This document shows, piece by piece, positions 1-10,569 of a DNA stretch of 64,000 nt (its first letter is position 1; every line of letters begins with the position of its first letter). Under the pieces are notes generated by a model, which worked only from the letters and a program-made list of their open reading frames with translations, was not told where the DNA came from and did not search any database. Source of the stretch: Candidatus Bathyarchaeota archaeon (GTDB lineage: Archaea; Thermoproteota; Bathyarchaeia; 40CM-2-53-6); NCBI GenBank assembly GCA_963726255.1, contig CAVSBL010000002.1, positions 32,001 to 96,000 of the forward strand, read 5' to 3'. The translations under genes and the position numbers were made by a program.

Positions 1-228
1 CTTGAGCTCCAGGCATGCTGCGGAACGGCGTTTACTGTCAGGTTTCTTTCCCCATTCGTCGATGAAGAACACTATCCACTTTCCCGTTCTGATTCGCCGT
101 TTCTTAGCCCATCTCGTGAGTTGGTTGAATTCCCTGCGCCACATGTTCGGGCCGGTATATCCACCAATACGGATTATGTAAGCGACTTTGTAGCTCGGCG
201 CAACTTTGATGCTGAAATCAACCGCCAT
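1..228 (-). CDS. GyrI-like small-molecule-binding domain protein (runs off the window edge)
   Basis: Manual translation from ATG at 228: MAVDFSIKVAPSYKVAYIIRIGGYTGPNMWRREFNQLTRWAKKRRIRTGKWIVFFIDE..., resembling the GyrI-like pattern. Confidence 0.55.
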   Translation of the reverse strand, partial: MAVDFSIKVAPSYKVAYIIRIGGYTGPNMWRREFNQLTRWAKKRRIRTGKWIVFFIDEWGKKPDSKRRSAACLELK

Positions 229-623
229 TAAGGCTCACTTTGACGCTATCCATGAGTTCTATGTTCTCACTAATCTTGCTTTCGAGACGTTGATTTTTCA
301 TCGGTTGAAGTTGACCAGTCGCAGGGTGGCCATGGCCTGGTCACGTTGAGTTTCAAGGTCCACTTGACGCACTGTTGTCTTGTGTCTTGCGTATGGTCCC
401 GTCGATTGTAGTGCATTTGGCTCGGGTATTATTCGGATTGCAATTGTTTTCATAGTGAAGGCCAAGGAATCGATCATCTTCGCCCAGTTGGGGATTCTTT
501 CACTTAACATTCTATTCATCTCCGAAGCGATCGTTATCGGATCTCCAATTAAAGGGCAGGGCACGTTTCAGGATTACAATTTGCACTCACAAGATGTGAG
601 TTCTTCCGATGGCAAGAGTCGGT

Positions 624-956
624 TTAATCTAAGAAGTCCATCGGTGTACTGGGCCGTCGAGGTTCTGTGTCTAGGTATGTGATTAGATCCTGTATCTTCT
701 TGTAGGCCTCGAGGTATTCCATCCCCTTTCTCGTAATGCCATAGTACTGGCGCTGGTTAAGGTTCCCTTGCAAGGGTAATCCCAGGACGTGGATCCTGAT
801 CAATTCATATCGACTCAGAGTTTCAAGCATTGGCTTCATTCTATCGATGGGTAGTCCAGCGCCGTAGGAGAGCCTTGTAACTTGACAACCGTCTGGGTGG
901 CGTTTCAGGTACTCGAGAATATCGGCGTAGATATCTAGCCGAGAACGCTTCTTCAA
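624..956 (-). CDS. winged helix-turn-helix protein (ArnR1-like/HTH_45 type)
   Basis: KKRSRLDIYADIL...TRLSYGAGL...YGITRKGMEYL pattern. Confidence 0.8.
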   Translation of the reverse strand: MKKRSRLDIYADILEYLKRHPDGCQVTRLSYGAGLPIDRMKPMLETLSRYELIRIHVLGLPLQGNLNQRQYYGITRKGMEYLEAYKKIQDLITYLDTEPRRPSTPMDFLD

Positions 957-1120
957 GAACTCTCCTCAGCGATCCTCGAGGCTCCTTACAATCTTAAGTT
1001 GAATTATAGGTTGCGGCTGGGTGAGGTTGCATTGTTCTCTGGCCATTCCACTGCGATGCATGGCCAGGGGATTCTAACTGAGCGCTAAACGCACACGCTG
1101 GAAGAGGAGGTGCTTATTAA

Positions 1121-2074
<954 letters not shown>

Positions 2075-2137
2075 CGTTAGTGTTACCTAAGGTAACGCTT
2101 ATATGATGATTTTCCCCAACATATTACCTGAACGAAG

Positions 2138-2890
2138 ATGCGTCTAGAATTACTCCCATCATCCCGAAAACGCCGAGTCCTACCTAGGCACGTAGTGAAC
2201 TACACGGCGTTTCGTGAAGACTTTCGCATGCAAGAGGACGAGAGCGAACTTCACCTCCTAGAGAAATTCCACGCCGCGAGGGTTCTTTCCAAGAACGGAG
2301 ATGTTGATACCTTTGTCGAACCAGTTCTTTACGACTCCGAGAAACATTCGCACAGGTTCACCTCAGACCTGGTCGGAATTGAAGGCGCTATCTTAACGGC
2401 GGTTTTCTGTGAAACAAAGCAACCGAGCGAATCGCTGCTGAAGGATCTGGGGGTAGTAGATGAGGCGGAGAACTCAAAAGCCGTTGTCGTTTACCCGTCG
2501 AAAGTGAACTCTAACCAAATAAGTTCCTACTTCCCCGAGGCCGTTGACTCAGGCAAATTCGTAATCGAGCATCTCAATTGGCGGGACCGAGGGCTGGAGC
2601 GGGCTTTTCGAGAAGCACTGGAACTCATGGACTTGCTCTGCAACGAAACACGTGTGAAAATGCTTCTACCGCTGTTGGAGCATCCGCAGGGGAAGAAGAA
2701 TTTCAGGGAAGGAATAAACCCTAAGCTCATCTATGAAAATGTCCCCTTGCTTAGAGCACATAAACTCATAGACGAGCTATCGGATGACCTGTACGACCTT
2801 ACTCCGATTGGCAAAACGATCCTCGGCGAGTACCTGGCATTCGTCGAGAAGGTCAGGGATCTGCTCGAAAGAGCGGACAAAGAAGAATAG
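2138..2890 (+). CDS. hypothetical protein with C-terminal winged-helix domain
   Basis: 250-aa ORF; C-terminus NETRVKMLLPL...YDLTPIGKTIL resembles a wHTH. Confidence 0.6.
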   Translation: MRLELLPSSRKRRVLPRHVVNYTAFREDFRMQEDESELHLLEKFHAARVLSKNGDVDTFVEPVLYDSEKHSHRFTSDLVGIEGAILTAVFCETKQPSESLLKDLGVVDEAENSKAVVVYPSKVNSNQISSYFPEAVDSGKFVIEHLNWRDRGLERAFREALELMDLLCNETRVKMLLPLLEHPQGKKNFREGINPKLIYENVPLLRAHKLIDELSDDLYDLTPIGKTILGEYLAFVEKVRDLLERADKEE

Positions 2891-2916
2891 GCCTGGGGCT
2901 GAGAAAGACGGGTACA

Positions 2917-3396
2917 ATGGTTGAACGCCTAGACGCTTCCCGTGACTTTGGCGACGTTTTCGAGGTTGTCAAGAAATCTGCGGAGCATTCCCTGGGGCGT
3001 CGTAGAGCAGGCCTAATGCTGTATCTGGCTAAGCTGCCCAGGCACATTGGTGCGTTTCACACCATGGGGACAAACGGCATCGTCATGAATAGAACTATCC
3101 TCGACATGGTGACGCATGGCGCACGGTCACTTCGCGAAATCAATTCCTACGTGTATTCAATCCTGCTACACGAGTATTTGCATGCGCTCGGCTACGTGGA
3201 AGAACAGGACGTGCGAAAGCTGGTGTACGATGTCTCATTGCAAACATTCGGCCCAGAACACCCCGCCACCCAAATAGCCTCAAGAGGTCCAGGCGCCATG
3301 TTCCCCGAAATCTCACTTCATGATGCGCCAACAGAGACGCCTGACATTGAAGTAATTCCAGACCTCGAGAGAAGCAGCCAGCGGTACATCAGCTAG
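2917..3396 (+). CDS. zincin-like (HExxH) metallopeptidase-fold protein
   Basis: ILLHEYLHALG motif in a 159-aa ORF. Confidence 0.7.
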   Translation: MVERLDASRDFGDVFEVVKKSAEHSLGRRRAGLMLYLAKLPRHIGAFHTMGTNGIVMNRTILDMVTHGARSLREINSYVYSILLHEYLHALGYVEEQDVRKLVYDVSLQTFGPEHPATQIASRGPGAMFPEISLHDAPTETPDIEVIPDLERSSQRYIS

Positions 3397-5704
3397 CTAC
3401 CGTGTAAGATATTCGTCTATCCACAATTCTCTTCTTTGCTTCAGGCCAAAGCGTGAACGGCAGCAGACCGTACGATGAACGACCTAGGTGCGTGGTCCTG
3501 TCTGAGCCGCAATTGCTGCATTTCGGTGTGATTCCAAGGTCGGTGTGGTTGCAGACGCTGCAGGCTGAATAGTTCGCTGTATACGTCAAGAACTTGCAAC
3601 CATATTCAAACGCTCTCTCGGTGAGCTTCAAAAGAGCGGGCGCCGTGGAATCAGGGGAGATACAGACCACGCTGAGATGTCCGCCAGGCGTCGCTGATTG
3701 AAACCCCGATTCCATATCCAACCTGCTGTCGATAGTCATTTTCGTTGTCAAAGGAATGGTCGGCAAGTCGGTGTAGTACAAGAGGCCCCTAGATCCGTCT
3801 GCTACAATAACCGCCCTCCCATATTGCTCCATGTCCAATTCCGCGAGCCTACCCGCGGCTTCGTCCCCGGGCCGTTGTGAAACCAGAATGCGCAGCTCCG
3901 ATTCATCTGAGGCGGACTTTAGCAGGTTCGAAGCCTCTTGCAGGATTCTTAGGCCGAAATCAGCTGCCGCTTTGTCCCGTTCCATCCTGAGTCCGGTATG
4001 GGCGTCGACGGCTTCGTTCAGGCCAATAAATGAGAGATTGTAGGAAGAGTTCTTTTCGTAAAAGTAGGGTGAGGCGCCACCCTCCCCAGCCAAGAGAGGG
4101 AGCAGCGGTTGTTTCAGACGTTCGCTGACGAACTTTTTCTTGACTTTGAAACCTTCCACAGTTAACGCGACAGCCTCGCTAAGTAATGCTAGGAATTTTT
4201 CGTCGTTCTTCTTGGCCTCGTACGCTATTCGAGGAAGATTTATGAAAATAGTGTCCATGCTACCTGTTCTGATACAGTCCGCGTCCCAATGATTCGTCCA
4301 CTCATCGCCTAACCTAAGCCCCGTAGCCGAGTAACTGCTCTTTTCTTCGTCGCCAATTAGTTCGAAGAAGGGGATGCTGCGTTCTGCGGCCAGTTGGTGG
4401 GCTTTCTCAAGAATCAGTCTACCCTGCGCGTCACTCAGAGCCTTGCGCCTAACTTTTACTACAAGATGGGGCAAAACCGGCGGGCGTGACTGTGACATTT
4501 TCTGAAAAGCTTCGATTGTCGCACCGGCCAGCCGACTGCTTTCATCCGAGAAATCTGAATATTTGCCGGCGCTTTTGCCACCTGGACCGATCGCATTCTC
4601 CTGCGAAAGGAACGCTGGCATCGCCAAGTCAACTGAGACTGATATCCCTGCTAGAGGAGTGCTTGAGGGGATATCTTTCCGCAATGAAGTGAGGAAGTAG
4701 TAGATGCCGTTAGAAATGTCCTCCGCCGATCTTCCTTGGATGTATGGGGAGAGGAAAATGTTGAAGAATTCAAGCGTCTGCTCTCCTGAGACCTCGCCGG
4801 CCCCGAGTTCCAATACTTGGCGGACCAGTGCAAGCGCCGCTTCGAAAGTGTCGGGTGGTGATATTCCCGGGAGACTGTTCTTTAGGAAGTAACGGATGTC
4901 GTGAACAACTTCGTTTGGGGAAAGAATCCAGTTTTCCAAGTTAGCTATGTGAATCTCGCCCGAAAGGTGCGCATCCGCGAGTTTGTGAGGTAGGCAGTTG
5001 AGCAGAACATATTCCGAGAGAACCGACCTCGCCGACGAACGTTGAACGTAACCAGCGCTAAGCTGCTTCTCGCCCGCAGTTTTGATGAGTTGGGCCACAT
5101 CGTAAACTGGCATTCCAAGCCTTGTGAGCTTGTGGCGGTACTCCTCCAGTTTCTTCTCAATCAAAATCGCATTGACGAATTCGCGAATTAGCGGCGCAGT
5201 AAGGTAAGTCGTCTTTAATCTGACGAGCCTATCCTCAGCCTCGGCTGCTATCTCGTCTGCGATTTCTTGTGGGACGCCCGCTTCAACTACGAGTGACCTC
5301 GCGATCTTGTTCCTGTGGAATTCCTCTATTGCAAGCCTTGAAGATCTCACGTAGAGTTTGCCGCGCTTGACATTAACGTACTCGTCCAAGTCTCGAGCGA
5401 AGGATACGATCATTCGGCCGAGTTCAGTGACCTCGTACCGCTTTGTCTTCTTTTCAAGGGTCACTAGGCCTATGTCGGTTAGGCTTCGGAGATGATAGAC
5501 AAATTTGCCAGCGTCCCGCACAGGGTCAAGTTTGAGCTGGAACATTATTTCCGTATACTGGAGGGGGCCTTTGGTTGATAGAAGTCGTAAAATTTGTAGC
5601 CTTACGGGGGCAGACGCGGCGTCGAAAATGCCGGCGCCGACTCTCTCCGATGAACGAAGCAAGTGATTACCGCCTAGAAGATGGCTCGCAACCACCATAA
5701 GCAT
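3389..5704 (-). CDS. wHTH + ATP-cone + class III (anaerobic) ribonucleotide reductase-like fusion, catalytic residues apparently missing
   Basis: N-terminal ArsR-like HTH (RLQILRLL...AGKFVYHLRSL...YEVTELG); ATP cone (VRSSRLAIEEFHRNKIARSLVVEAG...LTAPLIREFVN); NrdD body (ADAHLSGEIHI, INLPRIA, IGLNEAV, GGHL, CSVC...CSNCGS). Confidence 0.85.
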   Translation of the reverse strand: MLMVVASHLLGGNHLLRSSERVGAGIFDAASAPVRLQILRLLSTKGPLQYTEIMFQLKLDPVRDAGKFVYHLRSLTDIGLVTLEKKTKRYEVTELGRMIVSFARDLDEYVNVKRGKLYVRSSRLAIEEFHRNKIARSLVVEAGVPQEIADEIAAEAEDRLVRLKTTYLTAPLIREFVNAILIEKKLEEYRHKLTRLGMPVYDVAQLIKTAGEKQLSAGYVQRSSARSVLSEYVLLNCLPHKLADAHLSGEIHIANLENWILSPNEVVHDIRYFLKNSLPGISPPDTFEAALALVRQVLELGAGEVSGEQTLEFFNIFLSPYIQGRSAEDISNGIYYFLTSLRKDIPSSTPLAGISVSVDLAMPAFLSQENAIGPGGKSAGKYSDFSDESSRLAGATIEAFQKMSQSRPPVLPHLVVKVRRKALSDAQGRLILEKAHQLAAERSIPFFELIGDEEKSSYSATGLRLGDEWTNHWDADCIRTGSMDTIFINLPRIAYEAKKNDEKFLALLSEAVALTVEGFKVKKKFVSERLKQPLLPLLAGEGGASPYFYEKNSSYNLSFIGLNEAVDAHTGLRMERDKAAADFGLRILQEASNLLKSASDESELRILVSQRPGDEAAGRLAELDMEQYGRAVIVADGSRGLLYYTDLPTIPLTTKMTIDSRLDMESGFQSATPGGHLSVVCISPDSTAPALLKLTERAFEYGCKFLTYTANYSACSVCNHTDLGITPKCSNCGSDRTTHLGRSSYGLLPFTLWPEAKKRIVDRRISYTVAS

Positions 5705-5855
5705 GCGCTGACGTTTAAAAAATTGTAGTTACCGCTATACCCCCATTATGGGGTTCAGAAATTCCCCATTCACAGCAATTGAGAATCTTTATTTTGGTTC
5801 GGCATGCGAGGAAGCGCCTCACAATGTAGGTGTTACGCGAGTGGATGAAGTGCGA

Positions 5856-6356
5856 ATGCGGGGAGCGGATTACAGTACCCTGGCGAAACTTGAAGAGGCC
5901 TTCGAACGAAAGGACCTTTCATTCTTCAAAACGTTCCTGCAAAACTCAAAGGGGCTCCCCCTCCTACTCCGAGTTCACGCAGTTTGCATGCTCGAGCACA
6001 TTGGAAACGAGGAAATGGTAGAGCCATTGTGCAAGGTCCTTGCGGAAGACCCTAGTCCCCTCACACGGCACGAAGCTGCGTTCACCCTTGGCCAGTTGGG
6101 TCACAGCTCAGCCGTGCCGGCATTGGTAGAGGCGATGCAACATGACGAGAGCCCAATCGTTCGACATGAGTCGGCCGTAGCACTGAGCTCCATAGGCGAC
6201 GATCGTGCAGTTCCTGATCTGAAGAAAGCAATCGAGGATAGCGATGAGGACGTCAGCAATTCAGCACTGATTGCTTTCGAGTATCTAGACTACTTACACC
6301 GAAGAAGAGAAAATGCTTCCGATAGGTTCGCGGTGAAACCGAAGATTAGGCTGTGA
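5856..6356 (+). CDS. HEAT/PBS-lyase repeat protein with two His-Glu motifs (DOHH-half-like)
   Basis: LTRHEAAFTLGQLG and IVRHESAVALSSIG repeats; in-frame ATG at 5856 preferred over the ORF-track start at 5748. Confidence 0.8.
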   Translation: MRGADYSTLAKLEEAFERKDLSFFKTFLQNSKGLPLLLRVHAVCMLEHIGNEEMVEPLCKVLAEDPSPLTRHEAAFTLGQLGHSSAVPALVEAMQHDESPIVRHESAVALSSIGDDRAVPDLKKAIEDSDEDVSNSALIAFEYLDYLHRRRENASDRFAVKPKIRL

Positions 6357-6392
6357 AGCCTTTTAGCTAGTGCCGCGTCCCTACTGGGCTTA

Positions 6393-6567
6393 GGGGCGGT
6401 GGTCCAGGCCACGAGTCTACCCATCGTGGGGACAACTTGGTCTAAGATAGCATCCACTTGCCTTAAAACCGGTCTCGGGACCTAAAAAATGCCGAACAGC
6501 GAGTACACCGGTGAGCGAGGGTTCAAAATGACCTCCCATGGTCAGGATATTCCCTCCCGCCCCACCA
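6393..6567 (+). tRNA. tRNA-Pro(CGG) with four introns: 15/16 (6408-6435), 25/26 (6449-6467), 37/38 (6480-6505), 59/60 (6528-6550); CCA encoded
   Basis: Removing the four inserts gives a 79-nt cloverleaf GGGGCGG TG GTCC AGCTTGGTCTA AGAT A CCGGT CTCGGGC ACCGG TGAGC GAGGG TTCAAAT CCCTC CCGCCCC ACCA; junctions form BHB/BHL motifs. Confidence 0.9.
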
Positions 6568-6624
6568 AACGATCCTTGCTCTTCACGCGAGCATTTTAGC
6601 GATATCGTATCGGTGTCAATTCGC

Positions 6625-7044
6625 CTACTTTCGTTCTAAAAGTTCTATCCAGATTCCATTTGGATCTTTGATGTACGCTTCTGTCCATCCGATTTCCGAT
6701 CCGATCGCATATGGTTCGACGACAACGTCGACGCCTCGTCGTTTCAGCTCTTTGACGGCACCTTCCAGATCTTGAACATCGAAGGCTATGTGGTCGAGGT
6801 CTTCACCGTTAACGTACGCCGAATTGAATGGGCTGTCTTCTTCGTAATGGTTGAGTTCTAGAACTTGTCCCGAGCTTGGGCTCTTGAGTGTAACCACACT
6901 GCCTTTGGTTGGTGTCATCTTCTGAAGAGGTTCCGCGATGATCATCCCTAGTACGTCCGTGTAGAACTTCAGTGATTCTTCCATGTTTTTCACTCGAATT
7001 CCGGTATAAGTGAAACGAAATCCAAAGGACATAGGCGATCGCAC
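6625..7044 (-). CDS. VOC/glyoxalase family protein
   Basis: TGIRVKNMEESLKFYTDVLGM, LELNHY, DHIAFDV, KDPNGIWIEL. Confidence 0.9.
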   Translation of the reverse strand: MRSPMSFGFRFTYTGIRVKNMEESLKFYTDVLGMIIAEPLQKMTPTKGSVVTLKSPSSGQVLELNHYEEDSPFNSAYVNGEDLDHIAFDVQDLEGAVKELKRRGVDVVVEPYAIGSEIGWTEAYIKDPNGIWIELLERK

Positions 7045-7318
7045 TCAATAGTTCATGGATATGCGTTAAAGGCTTAAGGCGATTGTTCTGGTGGGACCAG
7101 AAATCGTGTATTCAGAACACCTCAAAATGAAGCCAACTGGAATCAATTGGCTTGGTGCACCATGAAGCTCCCTCCCGCCCCACCATACCATTACGATGAT
7201 ACCAGTCCCGTTGCGATAAACTCAGCAATTTCTCTGCAGGAGTCATCCTCGATGATACAATCACGGTGAATAATGGTTTTGTTTCCGGAATGTCCGCGGT
7301 CATCAAACGGGATTTGGA

Positions 7319-8107
7319 TTGATGAAAGTACTGGTCGCCCTGCTGTTATTGTCGACGTTATCGTTCCCAATCGGTGTCAACGCTCTTGCGACGCCGCAGG
7401 CTCAGGTTCAGGAGCCTGCTTTGTTTCTCTCATCATTGAACGCAACGCGGCCTATGGGCTACTATGCTGGGAGTCTTGTGTCCTCCTTGAACCATGCAGG
7501 ATACAACGTTACATACCTGGCTGACGACGCCGTTACAATCAACCTTCTGTTGACTAGGATGAAGAATTACAGTGTCGTAGTCTGGCGCACGGACAGCTTC
7601 ACCCAGAAGAACGCAACATATTGGTATGTCGGCGAGAAACCCAGCGATGCGGCTGAACAGAGGTACGGTTCGGATTTTGCTGCGGGTCGGATAACAACTA
7701 GTACGGGCATGGTCGCAGTTAGTAAAGACTTCTTCACAAATCACTTCGGGCCTTATGCCCTGCAAGGGATCAAACTGCTGATCTTTGTGTCGAGTCATGG
7801 TAATGAATTAGCGCCGATTTTTCTTGCAGCAGGGGTGACGTCAGTAGTTTTCTCTAGCGGAGCCATCACACTTCAATTCGGCCTGGTGGATGACTTAACT
7901 GCCCAACTGGTCGGGTTCCTGACTCAGGGTGAGACTGTTTACAATGCCGTGTACGATACAATTTCTCCATTCAACCAGGGAGAAAACCTGAAAGACCCCC
8001 TCGATTCAACGTTCGGAATAATCTTCTGGTACCTCGGCGACGGTACCGCTACGATAGCGCCCACAATTCATTCAGTTCCTTCCGCACGACTTCCCAGGCT
8101 ACCCTGA
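7319..8107 (+). CDS. secreted hypothetical protein
   Basis: N-terminal signal peptide MKVLVALLLLSTLSF; 262 aa. Confidence 0.7.
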   Translation: MMKVLVALLLLSTLSFPIGVNALATPQAQVQEPALFLSSLNATRPMGYYAGSLVSSLNHAGYNVTYLADDAVTINLLLTRMKNYSVVVWRTDSFTQKNATYWYVGEKPSDAAEQRYGSDFAAGRITTSTGMVAVSKDFFTNHFGPYALQGIKLLIFVSSHGNELAPIFLAAGVTSVVFSSGAITLQFGLVDDLTAQLVGFLTQGETVYNAVYDTISPFNQGENLKDPLDSTFGIIFWYLGDGTATIAPTIHSVPSARLPRLP

Positions 8108-8232
8108 ATCATTCGTATTCGTATCGGGTTAGACTATTTCTAGTGGAGCGGAAGCTAACAGCATCCAAGCGCTGAACTTGCTACATGTCGAAAACTACCC
8201 ATTGCGACAGCATTGCCAAAGTCGGGCCCTGG

Positions 8233-8985
8233 TCACTTCTCGTATCCCGCATGCATGAATGTGTGCGGCGCGCCAAAGGATGGGATAAAGATGTCCTCAT
8301 ATCGAACATTAGAGAGGTACCGCCTGCTCGCACTTAATGCAGCATCTCTAAACCGCCGATTGTAAGCTAGCTCGACCGATGACCCGACGTATTGACTACA
8401 GCGTCCTCTGCATTTTTCCTTGATGTCAGCGTATAGTTGGTTAAGTGTCTTCAAATTGCTCTTAATTCCAAAAGGCTTCTCGGTAAGGTCGATTATGGTT
8501 GCATCAAACTCTTCGCTCGTGGAATAAAGAAACCTGAAGGCATCGCCTATCAAGATTCTAACCCTCCGGTCTCCGAAGGCTCGGCCTACGCCCTTGATGT
8601 ATTTCTTACAACACTCGACAAGCAGGGGGTCGATTTCGACGACAGTGACGTGCTCGATTGTCGGAGAGTCGAGTAGTGCTAGCAAGGTCTGTCCGCTACC
8701 GCCCCCAAGCACAAGGACTTCGGCGCAGCTATTTCTCTTGGCAGGGCCACAGAGGGCTTTGTTGAAGATTCGCGAATCATAGGCAGTATGCTGAACATTA
8801 CCGTCAAGAAACAACATTCTACCATAGGCATCGTTGTCGATTATGTCGATTTCTTGGTATTTTGACCGTCCTGAAAAGTAGAATTTCTTGGCATGGTATG
8901 CCAGATGTAATCCGGGGTAGGGTTCGTACACGATGTATTCAGATTTCGGAAAGCACACTTTGCGGCCGTTCGACATATGCGTCAT
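8233..8985 (-). CDS. speE: spermidine synthase-like aminopropyltransferase
   Basis: RSKYQEIDI, YGRMLFLDGNVQ, VLVLGGGSG, VVEIDP, IGDA, IIDLTE, IPSFG. Confidence 0.8.
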   Translation of the reverse strand: MTHMSNGRKVCFPKSEYIVYEPYPGLHLAYHAKKFYFSGRSKYQEIDIIDNDAYGRMLFLDGNVQHTAYDSRIFNKALCGPAKRNSCAEVLVLGGGSGQTLLALLDSPTIEHVTVVEIDPLLVECCKKYIKGVGRAFGDRRVRILIGDAFRFLYSTSEEFDATIIDLTEKPFGIKSNLKTLNQLYADIKEKCRGRCSQYVGSSVELAYNRRFRDAALSASRRYLSNVRYEDIFIPSFGAPHTFMHAGYEK

Positions 8986-9036
8986 GAGCTAGCTCAAGAA
9001 TAATGTATAATAGACCTCCGTAGCGCATTCGAACTA

Positions 9037-9822
9037 ATGCGCCGACCGCTCTACCGTCAACTTGTCTCTTACTACGAGCTCATCGAGGGTCGGGACTGGA
9101 AGAGCGAGGTCGGGCTCATCACTTCAATTCTGCGAGATCACGGTTCCAAATCCTTAGTCGACTTAGGATGTGGAACTGGATACCACGTGAGAGCGCTAAC
9201 GAAACTGGGCTTCGAGGCGACGGGAATTGACATCTCGAAAGAGAATATTCAATTCGCCAGAAGAAAAGCCGCTGAGGAGAAAATACACTCGCGCTTTGTC
9301 GTTGGTAGCTATTATGATTATCACCACCATGCGAGGTTTGACGCCGCTGTATGCCTGAACTGGTCTATCCCGGTCAGAAATGACGAGGTGAAACGCTTTC
9401 TTGATAACACGTACGCCCTGCTTCGACCTGGGGGGTTGTTGATTCTTGATTATGAAAGAGTATCGCAGATCGTATGGTCTGATGTCGGAAAGGCAATAGT
9501 ACAGTCATGGGAGCAGAAGAACCAGCTTATTGTAAGAGTCTCCCTTGGCAAGGTAGCCTCAAACGTGTTGTATTCAAGGGACGTTTACATTATCTACCCA
9601 AGGCTTCAGAAACTGATAGTGCCGAGCGAAAGGTCAAGGTACCAAGCCGATGAAAGAAATAGCCGTGTTCAGGTGTATGTCGATAGTTCATGTGTGCGTT
9701 TCTTCTCGATGTCAGAGATCAGAGACTTCGCACGCAGATCTGGGTTCAGGGTCATTAGCAATTTCGTTTTGCCGAGGAATGATTACAAGCGAAACTATGT
9801 TGTCCTAGAGAGGGTCAACTGA
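9037..9822 (+). CDS. class I SAM-dependent methyltransferase
   Basis: LVDLGCGTG, GIDIS, LRPGGLLILD. Confidence 0.9.
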   Translation: MRRPLYRQLVSYYELIEGRDWKSEVGLITSILRDHGSKSLVDLGCGTGYHVRALTKLGFEATGIDISKENIQFARRKAAEEKIHSRFVVGSYYDYHHHARFDAAVCLNWSIPVRNDEVKRFLDNTYALLRPGGLLILDYERVSQIVWSDVGKAIVQSWEQKNQLIVRVSLGKVASNVLYSRDVYIIYPRLQKLIVPSERSRYQADERNSRVQVYVDSSCVRFFSMSEIRDFARRSGFRVISNFVLPRNDYKRNYVVLERVN

Positions 9823-9891
9823 CCCACATGTTCCCCCGTTCGCGTTGTGAAGGCTTTGGTGTGACCCGATGATTGGACGATTTCCTTTAGC

Positions 9892-10569
9892 CTAATGAAG
9901 GCGTGTTCCGCACCGGTCGCAGAAGTTTGCGCCAGGCTGGTTGGGAGCGCCGCAGTTAGCGCAGGCGACCGGTCCAAAAGGCGTTGGTTGTGGGGAAGCT
10001 TGTGGGTAGTAGGGTTGTTGGACGCTGGGTTGGGGATAAGGTGATTGAGTTGGAGGCACGTACGGCTGACCTACCGGCGGCGGGACCGGCGGGCGCATCA
10101 CAGCATATCCGCCCGTTCGCCCGAAGAATGCCCGAACGTTTCCCGAATTCAAGTAGACTAGTATGATGAGGTAAAACACGATTGTGCACACTATGCTCGC
10201 AAGGCTCTCGTAAAGCCCACTTCCTTCCACGAAACCTACTGTGATAGTCATGATTCCAAAGATGATTCCTAAGATGATCCCGATGATTGCGCCGATCAGG
10301 GTGAGGGTCCAAGCCCAGCCCTTGCCAGTCCAAAGGCCGTAAGCCATTATGAAAGAAAATATCCCCAAGGCGATGACAACAAAATCCAGCAAGAACAACA
10401 GGGTTACGAGAGCCCCACCGATTAGGGCGCCAGCGAGGACTGCCAAGATGAGCAGTACCGCTCCGATAGTTATGTCTCCGAGACCGCTTAGGATTTGTAG
10501 TATGGTGAGAACGGCTACCCCCACAGGCCGTGGGGGACGGGTCATGTTGGCCGCGTACAACGGATTCAT
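9892..10569 (-). CDS. membrane protein with Pro/Gln-rich linker and C-terminal zinc ribbon
   Basis: RPVGVAVLTIL plus 4 hydrophobic segments, GLWTGKGWAW, CANCGAPN...FCDRCG. Confidence 0.85.
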   Translation of the reverse strand: MNPLYAANMTRPPRPVGVAVLTILQILSGLGDITIGAVLLILAVLAGALIGGALVTLLFLLDFVVIALGIFSFIMAYGLWTGKGWAWTLTLIGAIIGIILGIIFGIMTITVGFVEGSGLYESLASIVCTIVFYLIILVYLNSGNVRAFFGRTGGYAVMRPPVPPPVGQPYVPPTQSPYPQPSVQQPYYPQASPQPTPFGPVACANCGAPNQPGANFCDRCGTRLH

